From positions 1 to 64,000 of the IMG/VR virus record IMGVR_UViG_3300045988_085724: a stretch of DNA of 64,000 bases; one strand, written 5' to 3'. Below are positions 1-8,441 of this stretch, piece by piece. Origin of the DNA: a virus. Both the position numbers and the translations under genes were made by a program. The notes under the pieces are model-generated. The model was not told the DNA's origin, did not search any database, and saw only the letters and a program-made list of their open reading frames with translations. Within the stretch, counting starts at the first letter, position 1. Each line of letters opens with the position of its first letter.

Positions 1-807
1 AAACATAGTGGACAGAAATTAAAGAACTTAGCTCTAAAGTTAACTTTAAATTCTGTTACCGGGAAAATGCAACAAGAAACCAGTTGGATGTACGACCCAT
101 TCAGTGTCTTTAAGATACGTATCAATGGACAATTGATACTATTGATGTTAGTGGATCGACTGCTGGAGTTGAACTGTAAGATTGTGCAGGTCAACACAGA
201 TGGTGTGATGTATATTGCTCAAAAGACACAACGAGAAGCAGTGCAGGAAGCTATTTCAGAAGTTGAGCAATTAACACAACTGACTTTCGAGTCCGATGAC
301 TATGAGGCGTTTTATCAGTACGCCATAAATGACTATTTTGGTGTCGAAAAAGGGTATTCACAATCTCACGACCCTAAACTGATAGAGAAAAAGGGAATGT
401 TTATCACAGATCCTAGATTGGGTAAAGGGTTAGCACCAGCCATTATTCCAAAAGCTGTGATAAACTATTTTTTAACCAAACAACCAACTTTTGAGTACAT
501 CAAATCGTCCAAAGACATTAAAGACTTTATGATGTACCAGCGCGTAGATAAGAAGTTCAAAGTTCTACATGGTGATAAACCTGTACAACGGATAAATCGA
601 TTCTATGCATCAACAAACGATTACTCCTTGTTCAAGGTAGATGACACAGGTAAAGTAGCGAATATGCTTACCAAATCTGGCGTAACTATCTTAAACGAGA
701 TGAATGATATCCCAATTGAAAACAGACATATAAATTACCAGTATTATATTGGTGAGGCAAATAAAATCATATCAGAATTTGTCTGTCAACAATTGGAGCT
801 GTTTTAG
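1..807 (+). CDS. Family-B DNA polymerase, C-terminal part (5' end lies outside the window)
   Basis: The frame is open from base 1. Translation gives KLTLNSVTGKM (motif B, KxxxNSxYG-like) and then VQVNTDGVMY (motif C, DTD-like). The gene ends with TAG at 805-807, followed directly by in-frame TAA at 808-810. Confidence 0.7.
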   Translation, partial: KHSGQKLKNLALKLTLNSVTGKMQQETSWMYDPFSVFKIRINGQLILLMLVDRLLELNCKIVQVNTDGVMYIAQKTQREAVQEAISEVEQLTQLTFESDDYEAFYQYAINDYFGVEKGYSQSHDPKLIEKKGMFITDPRLGKGLAPAIIPKAVINYFLTKQPTFEYIKSSKDIKDFMMYQRVDKKFKVLHGDKPVQRINRFYASTNDYSLFKVDDTGKVANMLTKSGVTILNEMNDIPIENRHINYQYYIGEANKIISEFVCQQLELF

Positions 808-838
808 TAACCAGCTTGTTAACCAAAGAGTATAAGAG

Positions 839-1405
839 ATGATTATTGAAGTAGATACAAAGCTGCTAAATGCAGCACCAAATATCAATCTAAATCAGTT
901 GATATTCCTAAGTATGGTATTGAATAAGAATCAAATTCCAAATCAAGACGTTCGCAAAATTGTCAGCCTTATTAGCGACGATGAAATATCATACTTAATT
1001 TCTCAGGGACTTGTAACCTTGATAGAGAAAGGTAGTTCAAAGATATATCAGGAAACAGACCTCCTTAAACAAAAAATAGCACCCGATAAAGACTATTTCG
1101 ATCTGTTTTATGATATATACCCAGTATACGTATTACGTCCAGATGGTGTTAAAAGCTATCTTCGTGCAAACGTAAATAAATGTCGTCATTTCTTTACTGT
1201 TACAACTGGTAATAGTATAGCAATGAAGGAACATCTAATCAATTGTCTTCAATACGAGATAAATAAAAAAACTCGTGAAGGTAAAATTGGTTATATGAAA
1301 ACGATGTGGAGATGGTTAATAGACCATCAATGGGAAGAAACTGAGGAAGAGATGGCAGATAATAGTACAACAAACACAAATGCTTATGGAACAGAATTAT
1401 TGTAA
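839..1405 (+). CDS. Hypothetical early protein (188 aa); helicase loader or initiator is possible from position only
   Basis: Intact ATG-to-TAA ORF lying between the polymerase and helicase genes. I recognise no motif. Confidence 0.5.
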   Translation: MIIEVDTKLLNAAPNINLNQLIFLSMVLNKNQIPNQDVRKIVSLISDDEISYLISQGLVTLIEKGSSKIYQETDLLKQKIAPDKDYFDLFYDIYPVYVLRPDGVKSYLRANVNKCRHFFTVTTGNSIAMKEHLINCLQYEINKKTREGKIGYMKTMWRWLIDHQWEETEEEMADNSTTNTNAYGTELL

Positions 1406-2318
1406 TGTCGTTAGACCAATGTCAGTTGTAGCACAAGAAGCTATAAACTACATTGCGGCAAGACGAGATCACACCGTTACGTCGCTTAAGACTAGATGGA
1501 AAAAGTTTAATAAGCAATGTATGGGAGGTATAGAACCCAATACTGTTTATACTATTGCTGGCATTTCTGGAAGTGGTAAGTCTAGTTTTGCTAACTTACT
1601 ACAAAGTGATGTGATTGATTTAAATTCTTCAGAAGATGTTATTGTGCTAAACTTCTCACTTGAGATGGTTGGGTTTAGGCAAGTTGGAAGGACTCTTTCT
1701 AATAAATTACGAAAGACTACTTCGACTCTGTATAGTTCGGAAACGGACCTCGACGAAGAAACATTTAGAAAAGTCGTCGCTGTTTCCAACCAGCTAAAGG
1801 AGTATCCTATCTATTTTGTAGATAACCCGTGTACTCCCACGCAAGTTGAGCAAATAATATCTAGTTTCTATAACACCTATGTAAAGGGAACAAAGAAACA
1901 TTTTGTGATATTGTATGATCATGCCCTATTGACGAAACAAGTAGGCTCTGTAATAGAGACTATTAGTGAACTTGAGCGTGTATTTATTCAAGCTAAAAAG
2001 TTACCACTTACGTCGATTATACAATTAGCACAGATGAATCGAAATATAGAAGCGCCTGAAAGAATTAATAACCCGCTTTCGCATTACCCAATGCGTAGCG
2101 ATTTATCATCATCTGATGCAATTTTTCAAGCAAGTGATTATGTGTTAGTAATCCATAGACCGGAAATATTAAATATATCAGAATATGGACCAAATCATCT
2201 ACCTACACAAAACAAGGTATATATGCATATCTTGAAAAATAGAGATGCAGGTAAACCTTGTATCCTTGAATTCGAGAACGATCTAATGTATAACAACTTG
2301 ATTGAAAGTGTATCTTAA
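1380..2318 (+). CDS. DnaB-like (SF4, RecA-fold) replicative helicase
   Basis: Walker A is GISGSGKSS and Walker B-like is FVILYDHALL. A QLAQMNRNIE segment resembles the DnaB C-terminal domain. The true start could be an internal ATG (1386 or 1417). Confidence 0.65.
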   Translation: MLMEQNYCNVVRPMSVVAQEAINYIAARRDHTVTSLKTRWKKFNKQCMGGIEPNTVYTIAGISGSGKSSFANLLQSDVIDLNSSEDVIVLNFSLEMVGFRQVGRTLSNKLRKTTSTLYSSETDLDEETFRKVVAVSNQLKEYPIYFVDNPCTPTQVEQIISSFYNTYVKGTKKHFVILYDHALLTKQVGSVIETISELERVFIQAKKLPLTSIIQLAQMNRNIEAPERINNPLSHYPMRSDLSSSDAIFQASDYVLVIHRPEILNISEYGPNHLPTQNKVYMHILKNRDAGKPCILEFENDLMYNNLIESVS

Positions 2319-2344
2319 GTAAAACAAAATTAAGGCTGAATTTT

Positions 2345-2809
2345 ATGAAAACATATACATTTACTAAGAGTGATTTTAACAACAGTAAGAAAAATTTTAT
2401 CGATGAGATTATCGGCAAAAGTAAGTCTACAAACTATTCTAAGATTATTGACGACATTATATGTGCTGATGTGATCAAGAAGAATCAGTATTTGTTTACT
2501 AAACCTACTGTATGTAACTCTTACGCAGAGGATATCACTTCTGACTTCCTCAAGGCAGCTAACTTCTTGGCAAACTATAAGGAGCCTAAGAATAAGCTGT
2601 ATGACTTTATTATTGGTCGAACATATTATCTGTCTGACAATACGCCCATTATCTTCTACGATGATGAGATTCAGATCGGTTTTGATGTGTTTAAGTATTC
2701 GGACTTTACGTCAACTGATTTTATCAGCGCGATTGCCCCGAAGATGAAGAATACGATTATTGATATTTATACCAATGCTCGTAACTTGACCATTAATATT
2801 AACTTATAA
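2345..2809 (+). CDS. Hypothetical early protein (154 aa)
   Basis: Intact ORF ending in tandem TAA TAA (2807-2812). No motif recognised. Confidence 0.5.
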   Translation: MKTYTFTKSDFNNSKKNFIDEIIGKSKSTNYSKIIDDIICADVIKKNQYLFTKPTVCNSYAEDITSDFLKAANFLANYKEPKNKLYDFIIGRTYYLSDNTPIIFYDDEIQIGFDVFKYSDFTSTDFISAIAPKMKNTIIDIYTNARNLTININL

Positions 2810-2831
2810 TAACAAAATAGAGCTATAAGCC

Positions 2832-3581
2832 ATGCCATTAATATTACCTACTAAGAAAATTCCAGCAAGTACAACTAATCCAAAATTTTTAGTATTGTTC
2901 GGTCGTGAAAAAGTCGGAAAAACTTCTGCTTTAGCACAATTGGACAATAATCTAATCATAGACCTAGAAGGCGGTTCTACATTTGTCGATGCAATGGCAA
3001 TACAATGTAGAAATATAAACGATTTAGGTGAAGCTGCTCAAGCCATTAGAGCTAAGAATAAGGAAGTAGGGCATAATTTCTATAGACACATAACTATAGA
3101 TAATGCAACTTCTCTCGAGGAGATGTGTTTAAGTTATGCTGCTACGTTGTATAGACAACAACCAATGGGTAAAAATTGGACAGGTACAGATGTTAGAACT
3201 CTTCCACAGGGTTCTGGCTATTTGTATTTACGAGAAGCCGTATTAAAGGTTATCGATATGTTCAAAGAACTATGCGATGAATTTATATTAATCGGTCATG
3301 TTAGAGATAATATCGTAACTGATCCAGCTACAGAAGAAGAGCTGTCCGAACGATCGTTAGATTTAGTAGGACGACTATCAGGAATGGTATGTCGAAAATG
3401 TGATGGAGTAGGATATATGTACAGAGACGGAAACGAAGTACATATAAAATTCAAAGCAAATAAAAATATTGCTATGGGTTGCCGTAGCGATCATATTAAA
3501 AACAAAGACATCGTCATTTCAGAAATGGATGATGAAACAGGTGTCTTGACTACTCATTGGGATCGAATATATAAAGATTAA
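2832..3581 (+). CDS. AAA_24 / Sak4-like RecA-fold ATPase
   Basis: The N-terminal P-loop is KFLVLFGREKVGKTS. Size (249 aa) and the position next to the SSB are typical of phage Sak4-like recombination ATPases. The family assignment is from memory. Confidence 0.55.
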   Translation: MPLILPTKKIPASTTNPKFLVLFGREKVGKTSALAQLDNNLIIDLEGGSTFVDAMAIQCRNINDLGEAAQAIRAKNKEVGHNFYRHITIDNATSLEEMCLSYAATLYRQQPMGKNWTGTDVRTLPQGSGYLYLREAVLKVIDMFKELCDEFILIGHVRDNIVTDPATEEELSERSLDLVGRLSGMVCRKCDGVGYMYRDGNEVHIKFKANKNIAMGCRSDHIKNKDIVISEMDDETGVLTTHWDRIYKD

Positions 3582-3607
3582 GAACTATAAGTCAAAATAA
3601 AGAAATT

Positions 3608-4201
3608 ATGTATAATACTAAAACAGCAATTGTAAATAACGAAGAGTTTAATTCAAATTATATGCCTGTAGGCATTAACAACGATGTAACATTAAAATTA
3701 GTAGCAGTTGAAAAGAGTCCACAGGGAAAAGACTTCCTTCGTGTAACATTCGAGAATGGCGCAGGACAAACTGCAGAATTTACAGAGTGGAAAAACGAAA
3801 AGAATATGTGGATTAAAACAGATGAGGATTTGCAAAATCGAGATAACATTCAGTTTGGTCGTATTCTGCAACTTATCAATAGTTTTACTACTGCTCCTGA
3901 TGTAGAATTGAATTCTTTTACAGATATGATTAATTGGGTTAAAGCCACCTTAGACCCATTTATTCCTACCAATAAAAAGCTTAGACTTAAAGTTATTTAC
4001 GACAAGAAAGGATATACACAGGTATCTAAATATGGAACATATGTAGAACCTATGGATGTCAAAGATTCTCAGATTAAATTGTTCAAGAATGATCTTCTTG
4101 AACGTCCTGTAAAGGCTGATGAAGAGAAGCCTGTAGACCCGCTTGCTGCCACTATAAGCAGTACTCCGGTTACTGAGAAAACGGACGACCTACCGTTCTA
4201 A
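3608..4201 (+). CDS. ssb: Single-stranded DNA-binding protein (SSB-like)
   Basis: The C-terminus is an acidic, disordered tail ending ...EKTDDLPF, which matches the canonical SSB protein-interaction tip (DDDIPF type). It sits in the replication module. The gene ends TAA TAG. Confidence 0.55.
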   Translation: MYNTKTAIVNNEEFNSNYMPVGINNDVTLKLVAVEKSPQGKDFLRVTFENGAGQTAEFTEWKNEKNMWIKTDEDLQNRDNIQFGRILQLINSFTTAPDVELNSFTDMINWVKATLDPFIPTNKKLRLKVIYDKKGYTQVSKYGTYVEPMDVKDSQIKLFKNDLLERPVKADEEKPVDPLAATISSTPVTEKTDDLPF

Positions 4202-4231
4202 TAGGTCTGGTGGAGACCGGTTAACTCCGGG

Positions 4232-4274
4232 GTATCGGAATGGTTTTAGAGAGGTTCGATTCCTCTCCCGATAA
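4232..4274 (+). other. tRNA-like acceptor/T-arm minihelix (not a complete tRNA)
   Basis: A canonical T arm is present: AGAGG-TTCGATT-CCTCT (4250-4266). It is flanked by TATCGG (4233-4238) pairing with CCGATA (4268-4273). No D arm or anticodon arm can be built for it. Confidence 0.3.
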
Positions 4275-4477
4275 CATTGTCTAACCCGAAAATGCTTTCA
4301 GCGGAAAGTTATAAATGTCGTCCTTAAGGCGGACGTGAGGTTGAGAAACCCTCTATGTTAGATTTATTAAAAGTTTTCTTTTAGACAATTGAGTCGGCAT
4401 ATAAAACGTGCATTATCCGACAGTACGGCCTGCAAAGGTAGCAACAAGCAGCTATGCTTGGTACAAAAATAGCATCT

Positions 4478-4563
4478 GGCTTGATGGTGAAATTGGTATA
4501 CACACAACACTTAAAATGTTGCGTTCCGAAAGGAACTTGGGGGTTCGAGTCCCCTTTGAGCCA
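4478..4563 (+). tRNA. tRNA-Leu (anticodon UAA), type II with a long variable arm
   Basis: I folded this by hand.
- Acceptor stem: GGCTTGA pairs with TTGAGCC.
- D stem: GTG pairs with CAC.
- Anticodon arm: stem CAACA/TGTTG with loop CTTAAAA, giving anticodon TAA at 4512-4514.
- Variable arm: GTTCC-GAAA-GGAAC.
- T arm: GGGGG-TTCGAGT-CCCCT.
- Discriminator base: A. Confidence 0.85.
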
Positions 4564-4590
4564 CAAATACTAACTAAGAACTTATAAGTC

Positions 4591-5568
4591 ATGTATAGTA
4601 CAAGAACAGCTATCACAATGAGTCTAAAAGATTTATTGGATAAATTGACTGATTATGACATATATTCTTACTATGTTGGACAATTTAAAATAGGAAAATT
4701 ATTCAATAGTCCACTACGATCTGATGATAAAAACCCTTCGTTTGCTATCTTTAAAGGTATGAACGGAGGGTTGTTTTTCAAAGATCATGGTAGCGGAGAA
4801 GGCGGAAATGCTATTAAGTTTGTAAAACTATACAAGAACATCAATACAAAAGATGAACTTGAACGAGAATTGTTGCGCATCGTCCGAAAAATGAATCCTA
4901 ATAGTGGTAATGCTATACGCACGTACTCCTACTCGGTGGATTCAGGGCCGACAGATATCGGAATAGTAAGACAACCGTTTACAGATGTAGATAAACAATA
5001 TTGGAAACAATTTCATATATCATTAGATACATTGAAAAAGTTTCAAGTATTCAGCATTAAATACTTTCTTTGTAATAGAGTCGTCAGAGGAACCTACAAA
5101 GAGAATAGTCCTATGTATGCATATAAAGTGGATGATAAATTTAAAATATATCGTCCGCTTGCTTCCAAGTATACTAAATGGCGTACCAATCTGACAAATC
5201 GGAACGTACAGGGACTATCCGAATTGCCTATGGAAGGAGGTAATCTACTTATAATCACGAAAAGTCTTAAAGACGTGATGTGTTTATATGAGATGGGTTT
5301 TAATGCAATAGCTGCATCTAGCGAAACAACGTTTATTCCAGACGATATTTTAGATTCGTTACGACATAAATGGAAGAATGTTATAATGTTGTATGATAGA
5401 GATAAAACAGGAATGTTAGAATCTCGCAAATATAGTAAACAGTATAAACTGGATGCTTTGTTTGTACATAAACGCTTTAAAGCAAAAGATATATCTGATG
5501 CTGTAAAAGATAATTCATACAACGAAGTCAAACAATGGTTAACACAAACATTGATGAAATATGATTGA
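4591..5568 (+). CDS. DnaG-like TOPRIM primase with a degenerate (cysteine-free) zinc-ribbon region
   Basis: TOPRIM signatures are LLIITKSLKDV...AASSETTF (Glu) and MLYDRDKTG (DxD). The N-terminal SPLRSDDKNPSFAIF...KDHGSGEGG aligns by eye to the DnaG CPFHxEKTPSF...CFGCG motif, but all four Zn ligands are replaced. Confidence 0.7.
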   Translation: MYSTRTAITMSLKDLLDKLTDYDIYSYYVGQFKIGKLFNSPLRSDDKNPSFAIFKGMNGGLFFKDHGSGEGGNAIKFVKLYKNINTKDELERELLRIVRKMNPNSGNAIRTYSYSVDSGPTDIGIVRQPFTDVDKQYWKQFHISLDTLKKFQVFSIKYFLCNRVVRGTYKENSPMYAYKVDDKFKIYRPLASKYTKWRTNLTNRNVQGLSELPMEGGNLLIITKSLKDVMCLYEMGFNAIAASSETTFIPDDILDSLRHKWKNVIMLYDRDKTGMLESRKYSKQYKLDALFVHKRFKAKDISDAVKDNSYNEVKQWLTQTLMKYD

Positions 5569-5794
5569 AACTTTGATTCTATCAGTATTAAGCGGATTAG
5601 CTGGAGGTATTTTAGTAGCAGTAGTATCATTACTACGACAGAAACACTATTTTACTATAAATACTGGTACATATGGATATATATACAGAGATAAAAATGG
5701 CAAATTCTCTGTATCGATTAAATCGAAGAATAATTCTGTATACTTCTTCGGTGATAAAAATGGTGTAAACTCTATAAGTTATGCCAAAAAGTGA
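5561..5794 (+). CDS. Small membrane protein (77 aa)
   Basis: N-terminal hydrophobic helix LILSVLSGLAGGILVAVVSLL. It overlaps the primase stop (ATGATTGA). Confidence 0.4.
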   Translation: MIETLILSVLSGLAGGILVAVVSLLRQKHYFTINTGTYGYIYRDKNGKFSVSIKSKNNSVYFFGDKNGVNSISYAKK

Positions 5795-6173
5795 AGGTAG
5801 AGTTAAAAATGCGACTAAAGTCGATAAGTATGGTCTGCACTTTCGCAGTAAACTCGAATGCTATACTTATGAAGCTTTTATGAAAGCTGGAATACCAGTT
5901 GAGTATGAGCCAAAGCATTTTACTTTACTTAATAAATTTGAGTTCAACAAAGAAAAAATCAGAGCAATTACATATCTACCAGATTTTATTGGAAGTTATA
6001 AAAACAATAAGTTTGTAGTAGAATGTAAAGGAATGATAACAGAGTCATTCCCACTCAGATGGAAACTTTTTAAATATTATTTAAAACGTCATCGAAGTAA
6101 ATACAAATGCTATATGGTGCGTAATCATAAGCAAGTTGACGAGATGATAAACGATATTAAAAATGGAGCATAA
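5781..6173 (+). CDS. DUF1064-like PD-(D/E)XK nuclease (putative junction resolvase)
   Basis: F-S-K-L-E...YLPDF...VVECKG matches the D...E-x-K core and layout I associate with DUF1064. The family name is from memory. Confidence 0.45.
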   Translation: MPKSEGRVKNATKVDKYGLHFRSKLECYTYEAFMKAGIPVEYEPKHFTLLNKFEFNKEKIRAITYLPDFIGSYKNNKFVVECKGMITESFPLRWKLFKYYLKRHRSKYKCYMVRNHKQVDEMINDIKNGA

Positions 6174-6303
6174 AGAAATACGCCGTGAGATAACTCAAGT
6201 ACGATTACAAATAATAAATGCTTTACGTAGTATGAATGCTATAGAAGTAAAAAATTGTATAAAACGACTTAAAGAGTTAGATCGCAAACTTTATGACGAA
6301 TAA
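6163..6303 (+). CDS. Small ORF (46 aa, helical and basic)
   Basis: ATG at 6163 overlaps the upstream TAA. It translates to MEHKEIRREITQVRLQIINALRSMNAIEVKNCIKRLKELDRKLYDE. It is below the size cutoff of the ORF track. Confidence 0.3.
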   Translation: MEHKEIRREITQVRLQIINALRSMNAIEVKNCIKRLKELDRKLYDE

Positions 6304-6421
6304 CTTAGACTAATATGATGGATTTATCAATCCCATACTACGAGGATCTTACCCGTATAAGTTCGCAACCAAATAAGTTTAATATTCGTTATTATGTTGA
6401 ACATTTAATATAGTAACGGAT

Positions 6422-6976
6422 ATGGAAAACGAAATTTGGAAACCCGTTAAAGGGTTTGAAAACATTTATGAAGTTAGTAGTTTAGGTAGAGTTAAATCAT
6501 TGGCTAGACGTATAAAAGCTATATATGGAAGAGCCACCCATTATTCAGAACAAAAAGTAAAAGAGCGAATATTAAAACCAAGCTTTAGTACATATGGTTA
6601 CGCTTATGTAGCACTAGCTAAAAATGGTAAAAGTAAGACAACATTAGTACACAGACTTGTTGCCGAAGCATTTTTAGATAATCCAGATAATCTTCCATGT
6701 GTAAATCATAAAGATGAAAATCCAAGAAACGACGCTGTAGAAAATCTTGAGTGGTGTACTTATACGTATAATAATACATATAAGAATATACATTTAAGAC
6801 GTAAAAAAACAAATAGGCGAATAATTCAATATGATTTAGACATGCATGAGTTAAAAAGATGGGACAGTATTATAGAAGCTGCCAAATTTTACAACATAGA
6901 AACTACAAATATATCTTCTTGTTGTATGGGTAAACGTAACCATTGTGCAGGATTTAAATGGAGATATTATGAATAA
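6422..6976 (+). CDS. HNH homing endonuclease (NUMOD4-like N-terminus plus HNH_3-like core)
   Basis: EIWKPVKGFENIYEVSSLGRVKS is NUMOD4-like. HRLVAEAFL...VNHKDENPRNDAVENLEW is the HNH core. It is free-standing and abuts the start of the exonuclease gene. Confidence 0.8.
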   Translation: MENEIWKPVKGFENIYEVSSLGRVKSLARRIKAIYGRATHYSEQKVKERILKPSFSTYGYAYVALAKNGKSKTTLVHRLVAEAFLDNPDNLPCVNHKDENPRNDAVENLEWCTYTYNNTYKNIHLRRKKTNRRIIQYDLDMHELKRWDSIIEAAKFYNIETTNISSCCMGKRNHCAGFKWRYYE

Positions 6977-7979
6977 TTCTACTAACGATTACTACTCGGA
7001 CAACACGAGATTGTCCAATTCGAACATAGGCTGGTTTCTGAACAAGGGGCCAGCCTATTTACATAAAATGCTATCTGGCAAAGGTGAAGAGGAAAAATCT
7101 TTAGCTTTGACTAAAGGTACAATGATACATGAGTATCTTTTACAGCCTGAAGAATTCCAAAAAGACTATGTAGTCTGGGATAAAAGTAGACCTTCTTCTG
7201 TACAAGAAGAAATGTTCTGTCAGGCATTAGCAGATAGCATTGAAATAGAACCAAATAAAGCCCTTATAAGCGCATATAAAGCAGCTTACAGTACAAGTGG
7301 AAAGAGCGACGATAAAGTCCTCTCAGAAGCCCTTAAAAAGGCCTCTACGCTTAAGGATTATATTGACTTTAAGAAGTCAGGAGATAGGCGAGAGATGATT
7401 ACTAATTATCAGGCTATGCAACTCCAGACAATTAAGTCTAATATATCTAAACATAAAGCAGCTTCAAAACTATTAAAACCAGCAGACAATGAAAAAGTTT
7501 TTCATGAATTTCATATCAATTGGACGTACAGTAGTTCATCAAATGGCAAAGACGGTATTATTACTTGCCGTTGTAAGTCTTTACTTGATAGTGTTACCTT
7601 TAATTTTGATAAGAAACAAGTTATTTTAATGGACTTGAAGACAACATCTCATTTACACAACTTTGCAGATGCTGTCAATACGTATGATTATACAAGACAA
7701 TTGTATTATTATACATTAGCATTATACTGGTACATTAAAAATGAATTACATGAAAATCCAGATAGTTGGAAATTTAGCTGGTATATCATAGCCATAGATA
7801 GTTTTACATCCGATATCCGTGTGTTTGAATTTGATGAAGATCAAATATATTATGAAAAAAACAACATTGATAGAGTAGATTGTGCAATACGAGACATAGT
7901 ATGGCACATGGAAAATAATCTATGGGAACATAGTAGAGCGTACTATGAGGGGACAGGAGTCGAAAAATTGAGCCTATGA
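6969..7979 (+). CDS. PD-(D/E)XK exonuclease (RecE/RecB-like, DUF3799/PDDEXK_1 type)
   Basis: Motifs seen are YYSDNTRLSNS, GTMIHEYLL and VILMDLKTTS (D-x-K). The ATG at 6969 is preferred over the GTG at 6945 used by the ORF track. Its TGA overlaps the next ATG (ATGA). Confidence 0.6.
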   Translation: MNNSTNDYYSDNTRLSNSNIGWFLNKGPAYLHKMLSGKGEEEKSLALTKGTMIHEYLLQPEEFQKDYVVWDKSRPSSVQEEMFCQALADSIEIEPNKALISAYKAAYSTSGKSDDKVLSEALKKASTLKDYIDFKKSGDRREMITNYQAMQLQTIKSNISKHKAASKLLKPADNEKVFHEFHINWTYSSSSNGKDGIITCRCKSLLDSVTFNFDKKQVILMDLKTTSHLHNFADAVNTYDYTRQLYYYTLALYWYIKNELHENPDSWKFSWYIIAIDSFTSDIRVFEFDEDQIYYEKNNIDRVDCAIRDIVWHMENNLWEHSRAYYEGTGVEKLSL

Positions 7980-8440
7980 GTCTTTTTGAAAAAATAATAA
8001 TACCTTTTATCGCACCAGAATTAAAGAAACTTGATTTTACAAATTCGGTAGGGTTTAAAGATTGTTATACATACGATCCTGACAATCCTACTGGAAACAA
8101 TGAGTTTTATATAATGTTTGATAATTCTGTATACAATAAGTATACTATAGATTTGTTCCGAAGACTTGCATCTTCTTATAGTGTAAAGAAGACATATAAT
8201 AAAGTAATCGACAATAAGTCGTATGTAGTGTATTCGTTTTTTGTAAACCCAGAAGTATCTAAATTTTATAATAATCTCGTATCTCTATCGTTTGACCAAA
8301 AGAACCGTTATGTAGACTTTTGGGGTAAATTAGATGAAGACAAAGAAACCGTTACTGAAAATTCAATACTTGCGTTAGATAAAAAACATAGTATGCCATT
8401 GGCGGAGTTCGTTCCGCCACCATGGTATATATACGATTAA
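7976..8440 (+). CDS. Hypothetical protein (154 aa), last gene of the plus-strand block
   Basis: Intact ORF translationally coupled to the exonuclease gene (ATGA). It is followed by a strong terminator. Confidence 0.5.
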   Translation: MSLFEKIIIPFIAPELKKLDFTNSVGFKDCYTYDPDNPTGNNEFYIMFDNSVYNKYTIDLFRRLASSYSVKKTYNKVIDNKSYVVYSFFVNPEVSKFYNNLVSLSFDQKNRYVDFWGKLDEDKETVTENSILALDKKHSMPLAEFVPPPWYIYD

Positions 8441-8441
8441 A

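Noticed and set aside
4232-4274. The T-arm plus 3'-acceptor fragment as an attP core for integration into a host tRNA gene.
   Set aside because: No integrase or recombinase is visible in the window. The implied tRNA would start with TATCGG, which is atypical for bacterial tRNAs. The idea is unsupported.
4279-4357. T-CTA-A/T heptamers (4279-4285 and 4351-4357, plus minus-strand equivalents at 4357-4363 and 4380-4386) as CUA anticodon loops.
   Set aside because: None is flanked by a complementary 5-bp stem. One has a pyrimidine at position 37.
4272-4360. A cloverleaf-like fold (6-bp closing stem plus three hairpins) as a candidate suppressor tRNA.
   Set aside because: The 7-nt loop reads TTAAGGC, giving anticodon AAG rather than CUA. 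The spacers are 10-16 nt, the variable region is 1 nt and the T-like loop is 9 nt. It is not a canonical tRNA by hand folding, so I left it as unexplained structure.
5094-5630. A 178-aa minus-strand ORF opposite the primase gene. Similar antisense ORFs occur in the early block (1547-1789, 2203-2418, 3658-3849, 4381-4566 and 6618-6812).
   Set aside because: They lie antisense to motif-bearing genes or across the tRNA region. They have no recognisable features and look like spurious ORFs.
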